Part shown: piece by piece, positions 1 through 12,403 of the stretch
How the letters are laid out: each line of letters starts with the position of its first letter
Position numbering within the stretch: the first letter of the stretch is position 1
Assembly (NCBI GenBank): GCA_002269645.1
Contig: NIVC01001901.1
Coordinates: 159,564 to 223,563 of the forward strand
Source of the DNA: Macrostomum lignano
Taxonomy: Eukaryota
Length of the DNA: 64,000 nucleotides
Direction of reading: 5' to 3'
Position numbers and translations under genes: made by a program
Notes under the pieces: model-generated
The model's database searches: none
What the model saw: only the letters and a program-made list of their open reading frames with translations
Told to the model about the DNA's origin: nothing

Positions 1-440
1 TTCCCATGTGCTGACTGTTTGGCCATAGACAGTTCCCAGGTGCTGACTGCTGGGCCATAGACAGTTGCCATATGCTGATTGCTTGGCCATAGACAGTTCC
101 CAGGTGCTGATTGCTGGGCCATAGAAAGTTCCCAGGTGCTGACTGCTGGGCCATAGACAGTTCCCATGTGCTGATTGCTGGGCCATAGACAGTTCCCAAG
201 TGCTGACTGCTGGGCCATAGACAGTTCCCATGTGCTGATTGCTGGGCCATAGACAGTTCCCAAGTGCTGACTGCTGGGCCATAGACAGTTCCCATGTGCT
301 GATTGCTGGGCCATAGACAGTTCCCAAGTGCTGACTGCTGGGCCATAGACAGTTCCCATGTGCTGATTGCTGGGCCATAGACAGTTCCCATGTGCTGATT
401 GCTGGGCCATAGACAGTTCCCAAGTGCCAACTCCTGGGCC
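1..440. repeat. 32-bp minisatellite, about 13 copies, runs off the window start
   Basis: Unit TTCCCATGTGCTGATTGCTGGGCCATAGACAG repeats with minor variants. Confidence 0.95.
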
Positions 441-1129
441 ATTTCCAACACTTCCAAGACTGGCCATAGATAGTTCCCATCTGAATACAGTCAAATAAGG
501 GATTATTTTTATAATTAAAAACCATTGGAAACTCCACAACTAAGTAATAAAATGATGCCGAATTGCCATGATAAATTGTCATGAAGATGTATATATTATA
601 ATATAATGCATCTATAACAGTATTGCACGGAATGGAATTACGGAATATAACAACATTTATAATAGATAAGCACATTTAGTTCATAAACAGTTTACTTAGT
701 AAAAATTTTCCTGACAATTATAGACAGACACTGTTTGTTTCACAAATAAATATAAGTTGTTTTAAACTTATTCTGTTACTCCAGAATGTGCAAGAGGACA
801 ATAACAAGTTACTATATTCAAACTTTCGATGCAGAAACTAATTAGTTAGTTGCTAAACTACATGTGCTAAGATATCGAATAGGTTGGGCACAGGACATTG
901 AAGTGAAATGAAGCATTTTAAGTGGAACACGGAATAGCAATCAAAATGGTTTGCGCCGTCAGTTAGACCGGCTTTTCTCATTCAGTTCCAGACAATCTTT
1001 TGACAATTCTGTATGGGACAAAATAACAGGTGTTTCTGGGTCTGCATCACAACAATAGTTTGAGGAAGTTTGCAGTTCGAGAAAGGAGAAACGTTCGAGA
1101 ATAGACAGGGATCTGGGAAATGGGATTTC

Positions 1130-1560
1130 AAGAATTGGGGGTTGCAGGAAATGCTGTTTTGGGAAATGGAAATTCTGGAAATGGGGATTTCAGTTAATGG
1201 GGAATTCTGGAATGGGAGATTCTGGGAATGGGGAATTCTGGGAGTAGGAAATTCTGGGGAAGGGAAATTCTGGGAATGGGGAATTCTGGGAATGGGGGAT
1301 TCTGGGAATGGGGGATTCTGGAAATGGCGATGTCAGTTAATGGGAAATTATGGGAATGGGGAATTCTGGAAGAGGGAAATCCTGGGAATGGGAAGTTCTG
1401 GGAATGGGGAGTTCTGGAATGGGGAGTTCTGAGAATAAGGAATAATGGGAATGGGGAATCTGGGAATTAGAAAATAGAGGGACAAGGAATTAAAGGGGAT
1501 TAGGGATTTCTGGGATTGGGAATTCAGGAAATGGGAATTTCTAGGATTGGGAATTCGAAA
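1130..1560. repeat. Degenerate GGGAATTCTGGGAAT-type simple repeat
   Basis: Recurrent GGAAT(T/G)/CTGGGA motifs; the ORFs over it are low-complexity. Confidence 0.85.
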
Positions 1561-1685
1561 GTTTCCAACACTTCCAAAACGCATCCACCACACTTTCTCT
1601 CTTGAGGAGGGTGCGGCTTGCAGTTTTAAAAATATTGTGGAATCGTTGCTTGACTGAGTTGACTTGCATCTCCTAGTAACCGCGA

Positions 1686-1867
1686 TCAGACCAGTGAGTC
1701 CGGTCTGCTGGCTGTGACGCGTTGGGGCTGCTGCTGCTTCTGTTCCATCGGGGACCTCGCCGGGCGGCCGCTGGTGACGCTGGCGAATTTCAAGGTGGCA
1801 GCGCGCCCGGCCCCGGCCAGGCCTCCGACCGGTGCGCGCCTGTCGCCCGCGTTGCCTGGCCGGTGAA
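1686..1867 (-). CDS. TRHR-like GPCR, predicted exon 3 (C-terminal tail ending ...RPDSLV*)
   Basis: Acceptor TTCCAG at 1868 is phase 1, matching the phase-1 donor ATTC|GTAAGT at 3077. The GC-rich frame is open for 59 codons to TGA at 1688-1686. Not in the ORF track. Confidence 0.7.
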
Positions 1868-1869
1868 CT

Positions 1870-2370
1870 GGAATTGATGAATTGGTGAATTGATGAATTG
1901 GTGAATTGGTGAATTGATGAAATGATGAATAGGTGAATTGGTGAATTGATGAATTGATAAATTGATGAATTGGTGAATTGATGAATTGATGAAATGATGA
2001 ATTGGTGAATTGATGAATTGGTGAATTGGTGAATTGATGAAATGATGAATAGGTGAATTGGTGAATTGATGAATTGATAAATTGATGAATTGGTGAATTG
2101 ATGAATTGATGAAATGATGAATTGGTGAATTGATGAATTGATGAAATGATGAATTGGTGAATTGATAAATTGATGAATTTGTGAACTAATGAAATAGATG
2201 AATTGGTGAATTGATAAATTGATGAATTGGTGAATTGATCAATTGGTGAATTCGTGAATTGATAAATTGATGAATTAATGAATTGGTGAATTGATGAATT
2301 GATGAAATGATGAACTAATGAATTGATTATTTGATTAAAGTGATAAAATGGATGAATGGATGAATTGGAA
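1870..2370. repeat. 8-bp GAATTGAT/GAATTGGT tandem repeat (GPCR intron 2)
   Basis: Direct reading of the tandem units. Confidence 0.95.
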
Positions 2371-2713
2371 TTGACCTCTACACTCCCTCAGGTTCTGAAT
2401 TCAGCAAAAACTGCAGCGAACCCAGAATGACACTTCCTGGTCATTAACGTGCTCGGAAATTGCATTGAGAGGATTTAATTAACATCCGACTTTTCCTAAG
2501 CCCCCTGATACAGTGGAAACTATTCTTAGTTGACCTTCGGCGCCTTGTTTTGGTACACAATATAGTGAATAGAATGGCACTAAGTTCTTCATAAAGAGGC
2601 TTGGCTATCAGAGTATCGCAGTGTGAGATGATACTTGACTGGTGCAGTGTAAAACTGAGACGCAATTATATTACTGTGCGAGACATACGCTACATCCACT
2701 GTTCCCTCAAATG

Positions 2714-3022
2714 CCACCTGCACCCACACCGCCTGCACCCACACCACCTGCACCCACACCACCTGCACCCACACCGCCTGCACCCACACCACCTGCACCC
2801 ACACCACCTGCACCCACACCACCTGCACCCACACCACCTGCACCCACACCACCTGCACCCACACCGCCTGCACCCACACCACCTGCACCCACACCGCCTG
2901 CACCCACACCGCCTGCACCCACACCGCCAGCACCCACACCGCCTGCACCCACACCGCCTGCACCCACACCGCCAGCACGCACACCACATGCACCCACGCC
3001 GCCAGCACTCACACCACCTGCA
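2714..3022. repeat. 15-bp minisatellite CACCTGCACCCACAC, about 20 copies
   Basis: Tandem units; open in several frames, giving spurious PAPTP/GVGAG ORFs. Confidence 0.95.
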
Positions 3023-3077
3023 ACCATCCAACCTTCAGTCTAATCAAGTTTCCGCCGCAAAGGCAGTACAAACTTAC

Positions 3078-3309
3078 GAATCCAATACAGAAGGCTGCGG
3101 AATTCACGCCGGAATTTCACCGACATGGCGTTGTAGATGACTGGGTTGATGGCGGAGTTGACGAGGACCAGAAGGCGGCTGATCACGCGGTACCACTCGG
3201 AGACGATGCGATACTGCGGCGGTACAAAGCTGTTGTAGGCCACCATCAGGCGGTAGGGCAGCCACAGGATGGCGAACATCACCACGACTACGAATAGCAT
3301 CTTCACCAC
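3078..3309 (-). CDS. TRHR-like GPCR exon 2 (TM6-TM7, helix 8); reads to a stop at 3040 if unspliced
   Basis: Acceptor ACACAG|GTGGTG. Encodes VVKMLFVVVVMFAILWLPYR...NSAINPVIYN (NPxxY), resembling the TRHR motif [20 protein letters not shown]. Confidence 0.92.
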
Positions 3310-3702
3310 CTGTGTTGAGTGGCGATGGTGATGGCTGAGTCTGAGTTATAAGGAACTGCATGGGATGTGCGGTGAAATGGGTGCATGGTGTGGGTGCAAG
3401 TAGGGTGGGTGCAGGTGGTGTGAATGCAAGGTGGGATAGAGGGTATGGACAAGGATGTAAATGGAGAGGATGCTAATAGTTGGGGTGCTGATGGAGGGGT
3501 GCTAATGTAGGAGGTGCTAATGTAGGGGGTGCTTACGGAGGAGGTGCTAACGTAGGGGGTTTAGCGAGTGGCCGACTTCAGCGCCCACCCCAGCCTGGGA
3601 ACACCCAAGCTTAAAAGGAATTAAACTATTTAAAAAATGTTTCATCTCTGCTGATTTCCAAGTTCCTCAAATATTGCAATAAGCATTCAAATCTCCGTTG
3701 CG

Positions 3703-6607
3703 ATGAAACGTAGAGCCTCCGGGGCTGAAAACAGACGCAAGAAAAAGCTTCGTCTTCTCGAGGAAAGCGCCAGAAGCACAGTAGGAATTAGCACTTTCCT
3801 GAGCAAAACTTCTGGGCATCCTGCTGCTAAATCTGGCGCCCCTGCTGCTGTTGAATCCGGCGCCCCTGCTGCTGTTGAATCCAGCGCCCCTGCTGCTGTT
3901 GAATCCGGCGCCCCTGCTGCTGTTGAATCCGGCGCCCCTGCTGCTGTTGAATCCGGCGCCCCTGCTGCTGTTGAATCCAGCGCCCCTGCTGCTGTTGAAT
4001 CCGGCGCCCCTGCTGCTGCTGAATCCGGCGCCCCTGCTGCTGTTGAATCCAGCGCCCCTGCTGCTGCTGAATCCGGCGCCCCTGCTGCTGTTGAATCCGG
4101 CGCCCCTGCTGCTGTTGAATCCGGCGCCCCTGCTGCTGTTGAATCCGGCGCCCCTGCTGCTGTTGAATCCGGCGCCCCTGCTGCTGTTGAATCCGGCGCC
4201 CCTGCTGCTGTTGAATCCGGCGCCCCTGCTGCTGTTGAATCCGGCGCCCCTGCTGCTGCTGAATCCGGCGCCCCTGCTGCCAGAGCCCATGCTTCTACTG
4301 CTGATACTGGCAGGGGAATCTGCATGATCGACTTGGGTTTGCACGTTGCTGGTGGCCCTCTGAGTGAACACCTGAATGACCACATTCGTCTTAAGCTGCT
4401 TGACTCTGCCTGGTCGCCGTCAGCCAACTACTCAATGCCTTACTCTACGCGCATTGTAAAGGGCAAACCTGAAAAGCGCTATCTAAGACATGAGCACCTG
4501 CAGAAGCACAGCTTTCTAGCCTTCTCAGAAGCTCGATCTGGGCTTTTCTGTCGGTTCTGTGCGCTTTTTGGGCCAGCGTCTGGGGATGTACGCAACCAGC
4601 AGCTCGGCTTCCTAGTGTCAAAGCCCTTGAGTAGGTACGACCGTCTGTTTGGTGCAAACGGCTGTCACCTCCCATGCAGCAACAGCGTATCACCAAGATG
4701 CTATGGCACGCGCGGCCACCTTCAAGCAGCAAGCAGCAGCTCGCATCGATGTGGTGAAGCAGCTGGACGAAGCGCGGCAACGACAGGCAGCAGAGAATCG
4801 AAATCGACTGCGGCCAATTGTGAAGACGCTGTTGCTCTGTGGAAGACAAAACATTCCACTTCGCGGTCACCGCGACGATGGCCCGCTTTCAAGTGGCAAC
4901 TCTGACACGAGTGACGACAATTCGATGGTTTCAGGCAGCGGCAACTTTCGCGCTTTACTGCAGTTTCGTGTTGATGCTGGTGACGAAGCGTTGGAGAAGC
5001 ATCTCAAGAATTCAGCAGCAAATGCAACGTACATCAGCAAGACAATTCAAAAGGAGCTCCTCGAAGCCGCTGGTTGCGTGATTCAGGAAACTCTGGCCAC
5101 CAAAGTCAATGCAGCAAAATGTTTTTCTGTCCTCATGGATGAGACGTGTGACAACTCGAAAAAGAAGCAGATGTCAGTTGCTGCATGCTCGGTACGTCGA
5201 TGCTGACTGCACTCTCAGGGAAGATTTTCTCGGATTTGCTCATGTGACCGATCAGTCCGGCTCAGCACTCGCCGCTGCATTGTTCAGTTTTCTCGAGAAG
5301 TTGGGCATCAACTACCACCTACTCGTAGGTCAAGGCTACGATGGAGCCGCTGCAATGCGGGGTGAGTTCAATGGAGTTCAGGCACATCTTCGGCAGAAGT
5401 GTCCAGCAGCGTACTAACATTCACTGCTCCAGTCACTGCCTAAACCTTGCACTCGTTCATGCCTGCAAACTGCCCCAATTCGTAACGCAATGGGAGTTAT
5501 AGGAGAAGTAACAAACTTCGTCAATTCATCGGCAAAGCGGCTTGAGCTCTTTCAAAGAGTTACATGTACAGCAAGTGGCTCGTGCAGAAGCCGTCGGCGG
5601 AAACTGCTAACCCTCTGCGATACTCGCTGGGTCGAGCGGAATGACGCCGTGCTCGTGTTTTTGCAGCTTTTCGCATCAATTGTGGAATTTCTTGATTTCT
5701 GCGAATCCGCCTCCGATTGCGATCCAAGAACTGCTGCCAAGGCGCAGATGCTGAAGGCCACCTGCACAATGCCGAACTTCATCGTGGCGCTGCATATGAT
5801 GGGCGAGGTGATGGCAGTAATCCGGCCTCTGTCCAGCTTCCTTCAGAAAGTTAGTATCGATCTGTTTACAGCAGGCAAGCACATCGAAAACGTTCGTGTC
5901 ACGCTGGAAAAGATGCAGGCAGAAGCCAGCACTGCCTTCAAAAGCATCTGGTCGTCAGCGTCCGAAGCTGCAGCTGAAGCGGACGTAGAGCTGCGCATCC
6001 CTCGTCGTAGAGGCTGTCAGCAGGGGCGTGGTGCTAGCGAAGACACGCCGGAGGAACACTTCCGTGCTGATGTGTACGAGCCATTCCTACAGCACATTCT
6101 GTCTCAGTTCCAGCAGCGCTTTGGGGACCAGGCCCAGCATGATGTTTTTCTCCAGTTAACATGTTTGCTTCCGAAGTACGTCCATTTATACGATGTCAAA
6201 GACTTCGAGCCTTTGACAGACTGTCGCAGTTCAGCAGCTTTGTAGACACCCATGCAGTTGTTAGGGGCGAGTTTGCCTGCTGGAAAAGTATTTGGGAAAG
6301 GTCAAAATCTGTGGCTGCAGCCGACACTGCGATTGAGGCGCTGGCTAACTGCGATGCTGCATTTTTCCCCAAAAACATTTTCGCATTGTTGAAGATTGCT
6401 GCAACTTTACTTGTCTCAACTGCAACTGTTGAAAGATATTTTTCTAGTTTGCGACGCTTCAAGTCGTATTTGCATTCTACCATGCAGCAGGACAGACTTG
6501 TCAGCCTGGCTCTGTTGCACACCCACCCTGAGGTTGCAGTGACTGCGGATCAGGTGATTGATCAATTTTGCAGAAGTGGCTCACGCCGTAAAGACGTTGT
6601 TATTTGA
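3703..6607 (+). pseudogene. hAT transposase (DUF4371/ZMYM1/THAP12-like with C-terminal hAT dimerisation domain), about 5 frameshifts
   Basis: FCRFC Zn motif, RQNIPLRGH, MDET, GQGYDGA, IHCSSHCLNL (CxxH), TRWVER and STATVERYFSSLRRFKSYL are spread over successive frames. Shifts near 4660, 5190, 5415, 5478 and 6215. Confidence 0.92.
3820..4280. repeat. 24-bp in-frame tandem repeat (PAAVESGA, about 19 copies) inside the transposase N-terminus
   Basis: Unit CCCTGCTGCTGTTGAATCCGGCGC. Confidence 0.95.
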
Positions 6608-6644
6608 ATTTTCACCCTTTCTGCAAGCATCCGTCTTTTTGCCA

Positions 6645-6965
6645 GCTATCACTTGCTAGCTATCACAACTAGCCATCACTTGCTAGCTACCACAACTAGC
6701 CATCACTTGCTAGCTACCACAACTAGCTATCACTTGCTAGCTATCACAACTAGCTATCACTTGCTAGCTATCACAACTAGCTATCACAACTAGCTATCAC
6801 TTGCTAGCTATCACAACTAGCTATCACAACTAGCTATCACTTGCTAGCTATCACAACTAGCTATCACTTGCTAGCTATCACAACTAGCTATCACTTGCTA
6901 GCTATCACAACTAGCTATCACTTGCTAGCTATCACTTTCTAGCTATCACAACTAGCTATCACTAC
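6645..6965. repeat. Mixed 13/14-bp repeat GCTATCACAACTA / GCTATCACTTGCTA in the hAT 3' region
   Basis: Direct reading of the tandem units. Confidence 0.9.
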
Positions 6966-7611
6966 GAGCTGCGCGTGAATTTTTTATAAAGCTAGCTAAG
7001 TTAACAACTGGTTAATAAAGCTTGCATTGCAATTGAACCTTTTAATAAAGCTAACAACTATTCACATTTCATAGTCAATATGACAATATGTCTTTCTGGC
7101 TGACATTCAAGTAGTGCTAAACACATCACTTGAGACTTAGCTATTTAATCATTTTTCCGATTTGCTACACGCATAGGCCTTAGGGCTACTTTCATTGCAG
7201 CTAAATGACAAACTTAAACTACCACACAGCAAGAAATTTACATTTTGTGTAAAGTCAATTAGCCATTTAATTTATATTGCTTTGCATGTCAATAATTATC
7301 ACAAAGGACATTGAGAAGAATATACCTAAGGACTAAGGTGCTAGGTGCATATGGCGCCCCTCTATAGCAGTAGTGCGCCCCTTGTCCGCCCCCCCCCCCG
7401 AAAGGAATCCTAGATCCGCCACTGCATGACACAAACGGGACAGAAGCACTAATGATGTTTGCCCATCCAGCCTGCGCCCAGTGTCCGATTTCTAAGAAAC
7501 AGCAAAATCAAAAAGGATCAGATTTGTTTACAAAATTCGAAATCGCTTGGGAAATGGGATAAAATGTTGTTACATAGGAGATCAACTGAACATGCGAATT
7601 AACTGTTACAC

Positions 7612-8588
7612 AGGGGAATCAACTGTTAGACACTGGGAATCAACTGTTAGACACTGGGAATCAACTGTTAGACACTGGGAATCAACTGTTAGACACTGGG
7701 AATCAACTGTTAGACAGGGAATCAAGTGTTAGACACAGGGAATCAGCTGTTAGACACAGGGAATCAGCTGTTAGACACTGGGAATCAACTGTTAGACACA
7801 GGGAATCAACTGTTAGACACAGGGGAATCAACTGTTAGACACTGGGAATCAACTGTTAGACACAGGGGAATCGACTGTTAGACACTGGGAATCAACTGTT
7901 AGACACTGGGAATCAACTGTTAGACAGGGAATCAAGTGTTAGACACAGGGAATCAGCTGTTAGACACAGGGAATCAGCTGTTAGACACTGGGAATCAACT
8001 GTTAGACACAGGGAATCAACTGTTAGACACAGGGGAATCAACTGTTAGACACTGGGAATCGACTGTTAGACACTGGGAATCAAGTGTTAGACACTGGGAA
8101 TCAAGTGTTAGACAGGGAATCAAGTGTTAGACAGGGAATCAACTGTTAGACACTGGGAATCAAGTGTTAGACAGGGAATCAAGTGTTAGACAGGGAATCA
8201 ACTGTTAGACACAGGGAATCAACTGTTAGACACTGGGAATCAAGTGTTAGACACTGGGAATCAACTGTTAGACACTGGGAATCAACTGTTAGACACAGGG
8301 AATCAACTGTTAGACACTGGGAATCAACTGTTAGACAGGGAATCAAGTGTTAGACACTGGGAATCAACTGTTAGACACAGGGAATCAACTGTTAGACACT
8401 GGGAATCAACTGTTAGACACTGGGAATCAGCTGTTAGACACAGGGAATCAACTGTTAGACACTGGGAATCAAGTGTTAGACACAGGGAATCAACTGTTAG
8501 ACACTGGGAATCAACTGTTAGACACTGGGAATCAACTGTTAGACACTGGGAATCAACTGTTAGACACTGGGAATCAACTGTTAGACAG
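7612..8588. repeat. About 19-22-bp minisatellite GGGAATCAACTGTTAGACACT
   Basis: Tandem units with length variants. Confidence 0.95.
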
Positions 8589-8989
8589 GTTACTATCTAG
8601 ACAGCCGCAATGGCAGGAAAAGCGGCTGTGGAGTACCGCTATGCTTTATGAAAATATTTATTTATGACTGGCCCTGTCAGTCGGGGTGTCTGAGCAGCAC
8701 CTGCCGAGCTGGAACCGCAGTTCGAGTTGAAGCAGTTGCTAGGGATCGTAGGCTGCACAAACTCATGTCTGCCTAGTGCGTATGCATGCACAAATATCTG
8801 GACAAAAGTGCAAGCGCTTGCTGCAATGTGAACAAATTCGAAAATCCGATTACAGGTTGCTGCAAAGCTCGGCAGTTTGCCATCTTCCTTGAGTCACCCC
8901 GACTCCAGAACGTCTTATCGGAGCCTTCCATGGCCCAATGTTCTGTGACGCAGCTGGGCAGTGCAAACAGGGGGTGGGAGATCGAGGCT

Positions 8990-9930
8990 GCGAGGGGGGA
9001 GTGAGGGAGCAGCTGTGGTACCCAAGAGGGAATCGGGGAATTCAGGGGGAGGAAATCTGGGGAATCATAGGGAGGGAATTAGGGGAATCAGAGGGAGGGA
9101 ATCGGGGCAATCAGAGGGAGAGAATTGGTGGAATCAGAGGGAGGGAATTGGGGAATCAGAGGAAGGGAATTGAGGGAATCTAAAGGAAGGGAATCGGGGG
9201 ATTCAGAGGGAGGGAATGGGGGGGAATCAGGGGGAGGGAATCGGGGGAATCAGAGTGAGGGAGTCAAAGGAATCAGATCGAGGGAATCGGGGGAATCAGA
9301 GTGAGGGAGTTGGGGGAATCAGATCAAGGGAATCGGGGGAATCAGATTTTGAGGGAATCGGGGGAATCAGAGGGAGAGAATTGGTGGAATCAGAGGGAGG
9401 GAATTGGGGAATCAGAGGAAGGGAATTGAGGGAATCAAAGGGAGGGAATCGGGGGATTTAGAGGGAGGGAATGGGGGGAATCAGGGGGAGGGAATTGGGG
9501 GAATCAGAGTGAGATAATCGGGGGAATCAGAGTGAGGGAGTCAAAGGAAAGGAGTCAAAGGAATCAGATCGAGGGAATCGGGGGAATCAGAGTGAGGGAG
9601 TTGGGGGAATCAGATCAAGGGAATCGGGGGAATCAGATTGAGGGAATCGGGGGAATCAGAGGGAGGGAAACAGGGGAATCAGAGGGAGGGAATCCGGAGA
9701 ACCAGAGGGAGAGAATCGGGGGAATCAGAGGGAGGGAATTGGGGGAATCAGAGGGAGAGAATTGGGGGAATCAGAGGGAGGGAATTGGGGGAATCAGAGG
9801 GAGAGAATTGGGGAATCAGAGGGACGGAATTGGGGGAATCAGAGGGAGGGAATTGATGGAATCAGAGGGAGGGAATTAGGGGAATCAGAGGGAGGGAAGC
9901 AGGGGAATCAGAGGGAATTAAGGAATTCAT
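8990..9930. repeat. Purine-rich degenerate repeat (GGGGGAATCAGAGGGAGG)
   Basis: Recurrent GGAATC/GAGGG motifs. Confidence 0.9.
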
Positions 9931-10508
9931 TGGAGATGTTAATCTATCAAGCAAGTCAGGAATGAAACCAAGAGGGGGTAAAGAGGCTGGAGAATCTACC
10001 AGCAGGCTGATGTCGATGTGATTGTCAATAATTAACATATTTTTGCGAACAGGAGCATCGTGAAAGAAATCCTTTTCCCCCTCTGTTCGGCGTGAATATT
10101 TCAGGCGATGGCGGAGCAGAGCAGACACTCTGAATAGCATATGACTCCCGGCATGCCAGTCCCGGCTGAGGGCGCTCGCACCCACCGGCAAAGGGCCAGT
10201 CTTGGCTTCAGTTTCCCTGACTGAGTCCCTGGTAAACCCCACAGTTTCCCGGTGGCAGCTGCCGAGAGAAATGCCTGGGCAAACACTCTCAAATGGATGA
10301 ATTGGAGATCCTGACCTCCAGAAATCTGTGACCAATTTTTTGCGCTGTCCAACAGATATGAGAGACTTCAGAATGCTACATTTTCTTAGAAATTTCCACG
10401 AAAAAAGTATCAATATTGAACAAGTTTATTTGAATTGGACTCAGCCTTGTTGTTTTGATGGTTAAAAGTACATTCAAATGAGTCTGTTTTGGATGTTTTT
10501 CTACCCAA

Positions 10509-11073
10509 TGAAGGACACTGAGGGAGCAGCGGCATCACTGAAGGACAGTGAGGGAGCAGCGGCATCACTGAAGGACACTGAGGGAGCAGCGGCATCACTG
10601 AAGGACACTGAGGGAGCAGCGGCATCACTGAAGGACACTGAGGGAGCAGCGGCATCACTGAAGGACACTGAGGGAGCAGCGGCATCACTGAAGGACACTG
10701 AGGGAGCAGCGGCATCACTGAAGGACACTGAGGGAGCAGCGGCATCACTGAAGGACACTGAGGGAGCAGCGGCATCACTGAAGGACACTGAGGGAGCAGC
10801 GGCATCACTGAAGGACACTGAGGGAGCAGCGGCATCACTGAAGGACACTGAGGGAGCAGCGGCATCACTGAAGGACACTGAGGGAGCAGCGGCATCACTG
10901 AAGGACACTGAGGGAGCAGCGGCATCACTGAAGGACACTGAGGGAGCAGCGGCATCACTGAAGGACACTGAGGGAGCAGCGGCATCACTGAAGGACACTG
11001 AGGGAGCAGCGGCATCACTGAAGGACACTGAGGGAGCAGCGGCATCACTGAAGGACACTGAGGGAGCAGCGGC
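10509..11073. repeat. 30-bp minisatellite, about 19 near-identical copies, 55 bp from the GPCR exon 1 donor
   Basis: Unit AAGGACACTGAGGGAGCAGCGGCATCACTG. Confidence 0.97.
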
Positions 11074-11127
11074 TGTACAGCGGAATCAGGTACAGCCCAG
11101 CTTTGCCAAACTCAGGATGATCCTCAC

Positions 11128-11925
11128 CTGGGCGCGACTGCGCAACGACCTGGCCGTGTTGAAGGTGCGGAGCGGCCGCATCGGCTGGCCGGACTCGGCG
11201 CTTGGAGCTGACGATCGGAACAGCACTCTGGCCACGGCGGTGTACAGCACGCTGAGCAGCACCAGCGGCGCCAGGTAGGACAGCAGCAGGTCGCCAACGT
11301 ACAGAGCGGCGTATCCGGGATCTGTCCGGTTCAGCCGATGGCCGCAGGCGGACACGGTGTCGTTGAGCCGCCGTACCGGTACCAGAGTGGCCAGGTAGAG
11401 CCAGGGCGAGTTGTAGGCGAGGCCGCACAGCCAGATGGCGCAGATGATCCGCTTGGCCCGGCGCACGGTGCACAGGGCGTGCGCCCGCATCGGCCGGCAG
11501 ATGGCCACGTAGCGCTCGATGGAGAAGGCCGTGATGGCGAAGGCGCTGGTCTTCACGGCCACGTAGGTCAGGTAGACGTTCAGCTTGCAGCCGGGCACGC
11601 CGAGCAGCAGCCAGTTGTCGCGGACAACGTTGAGCTCTACCAGAATGGTGACGGAGCCGAGCAGGAGCACCAGCAGGTCGGACGCGGCCAGCGACACCAG
11701 GTAGCAGTTGGTTGGCGTCAGCAGCCTGCTGCGGACTCGGAGCACCACCGCCACCACCAGGGCGTTTCCGGCCACACCAATTAGCAGGGCGGCCGAGGCG
11801 ACCATCGTGACGAAGGCTCGGATTGGTACATCGTAGTACTGGCTGCCCTGCTGCTGCTGCGGGCCAGCCTCCGGTGCTGCATCAAGTGTAGCGTTGCTGC
11901 CGGTGATGGGCCTTTGCTCCAGCAT
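11128..11925 (-). CDS. TRH-receptor-like class A GPCR exon 1 (N-terminus to ICL3, TM1-TM5)
   Basis: GN in TM1, PTNCYLVSLAASD in TM2, GVPGC, FSIERYVAICRPMRA (E/DRY). Phase-0 donor CCCAG|GTGAGG joins to give RSRAQ|VVKML. Family call is from motif resemblance; orthology untested, so no symbol. Confidence 0.93.
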
Positions 11926-12403
11926 TGCTTCTATTAGCTCTGGCGCTATCTAGCTGTATGGTTTGCTTTGCTTTCTAATTTTCCTTTAATAACTCTAGAT
12001 GAGCCTCTATATACATGTAAGTATCTACTCTACTCAGGTCGCGCTTGTCCAATTGGGGCCGGCCGACTCGGGGGCGGCAGCTCGGTCCTTCGAGCTCGAC
12101 TCGGCCGCTTGTGTTGCTTTGAAAAAATCTCTGACTCGAGCAGTTCCGCTGGGAGGCGGGGTAAGAGGGAAGTTGACGAATTTGAGACGGCAATAATCAG
12201 TTCGGAGCAGACTCGCTCGATTAGAAATTTAGTGCGAGGAACACCGGCTCAGCGCCGTCGCTCATCCGCCCAGGGACTGTCGCCGCAACCGCCCGGGTGC
12301 TCCGCTGGGAGCCGCGTGGGCTCTGTTTGGGGAGACGAATTTTGGCTAAGCCGATCGAGGGATTTAGTCTCATAGTCTGAACTGACTTGTACTGCTCCTG
12401 CAG

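Larger units (their letters stand above)
3560..7424 (+). mobile_element. hAT-superfamily DNA transposon, probably lacking its left end, in GPCR intron 1
   Basis: Transposase remnants plus a right terminus CCTAGATCCGCCACTG at 7409-7424 (reverse complement CAGTGGCGGATCTAGG). No matching left TIR or 8-bp TSD found; left boundary approximate. Confidence 0.75.

Noticed and set aside
8640-8950. Possible retroelement fragment (ELKQLLGIVG)
   Set aside because: It is a single short motif with no flanking RT or RNase H similarity.
9960-10400. Possible hAT C-terminal fragment on the minus strand (FLSAAAT...)
   Set aside because: The resemblance is too weak; there is no intact ERxFS motif in frame.
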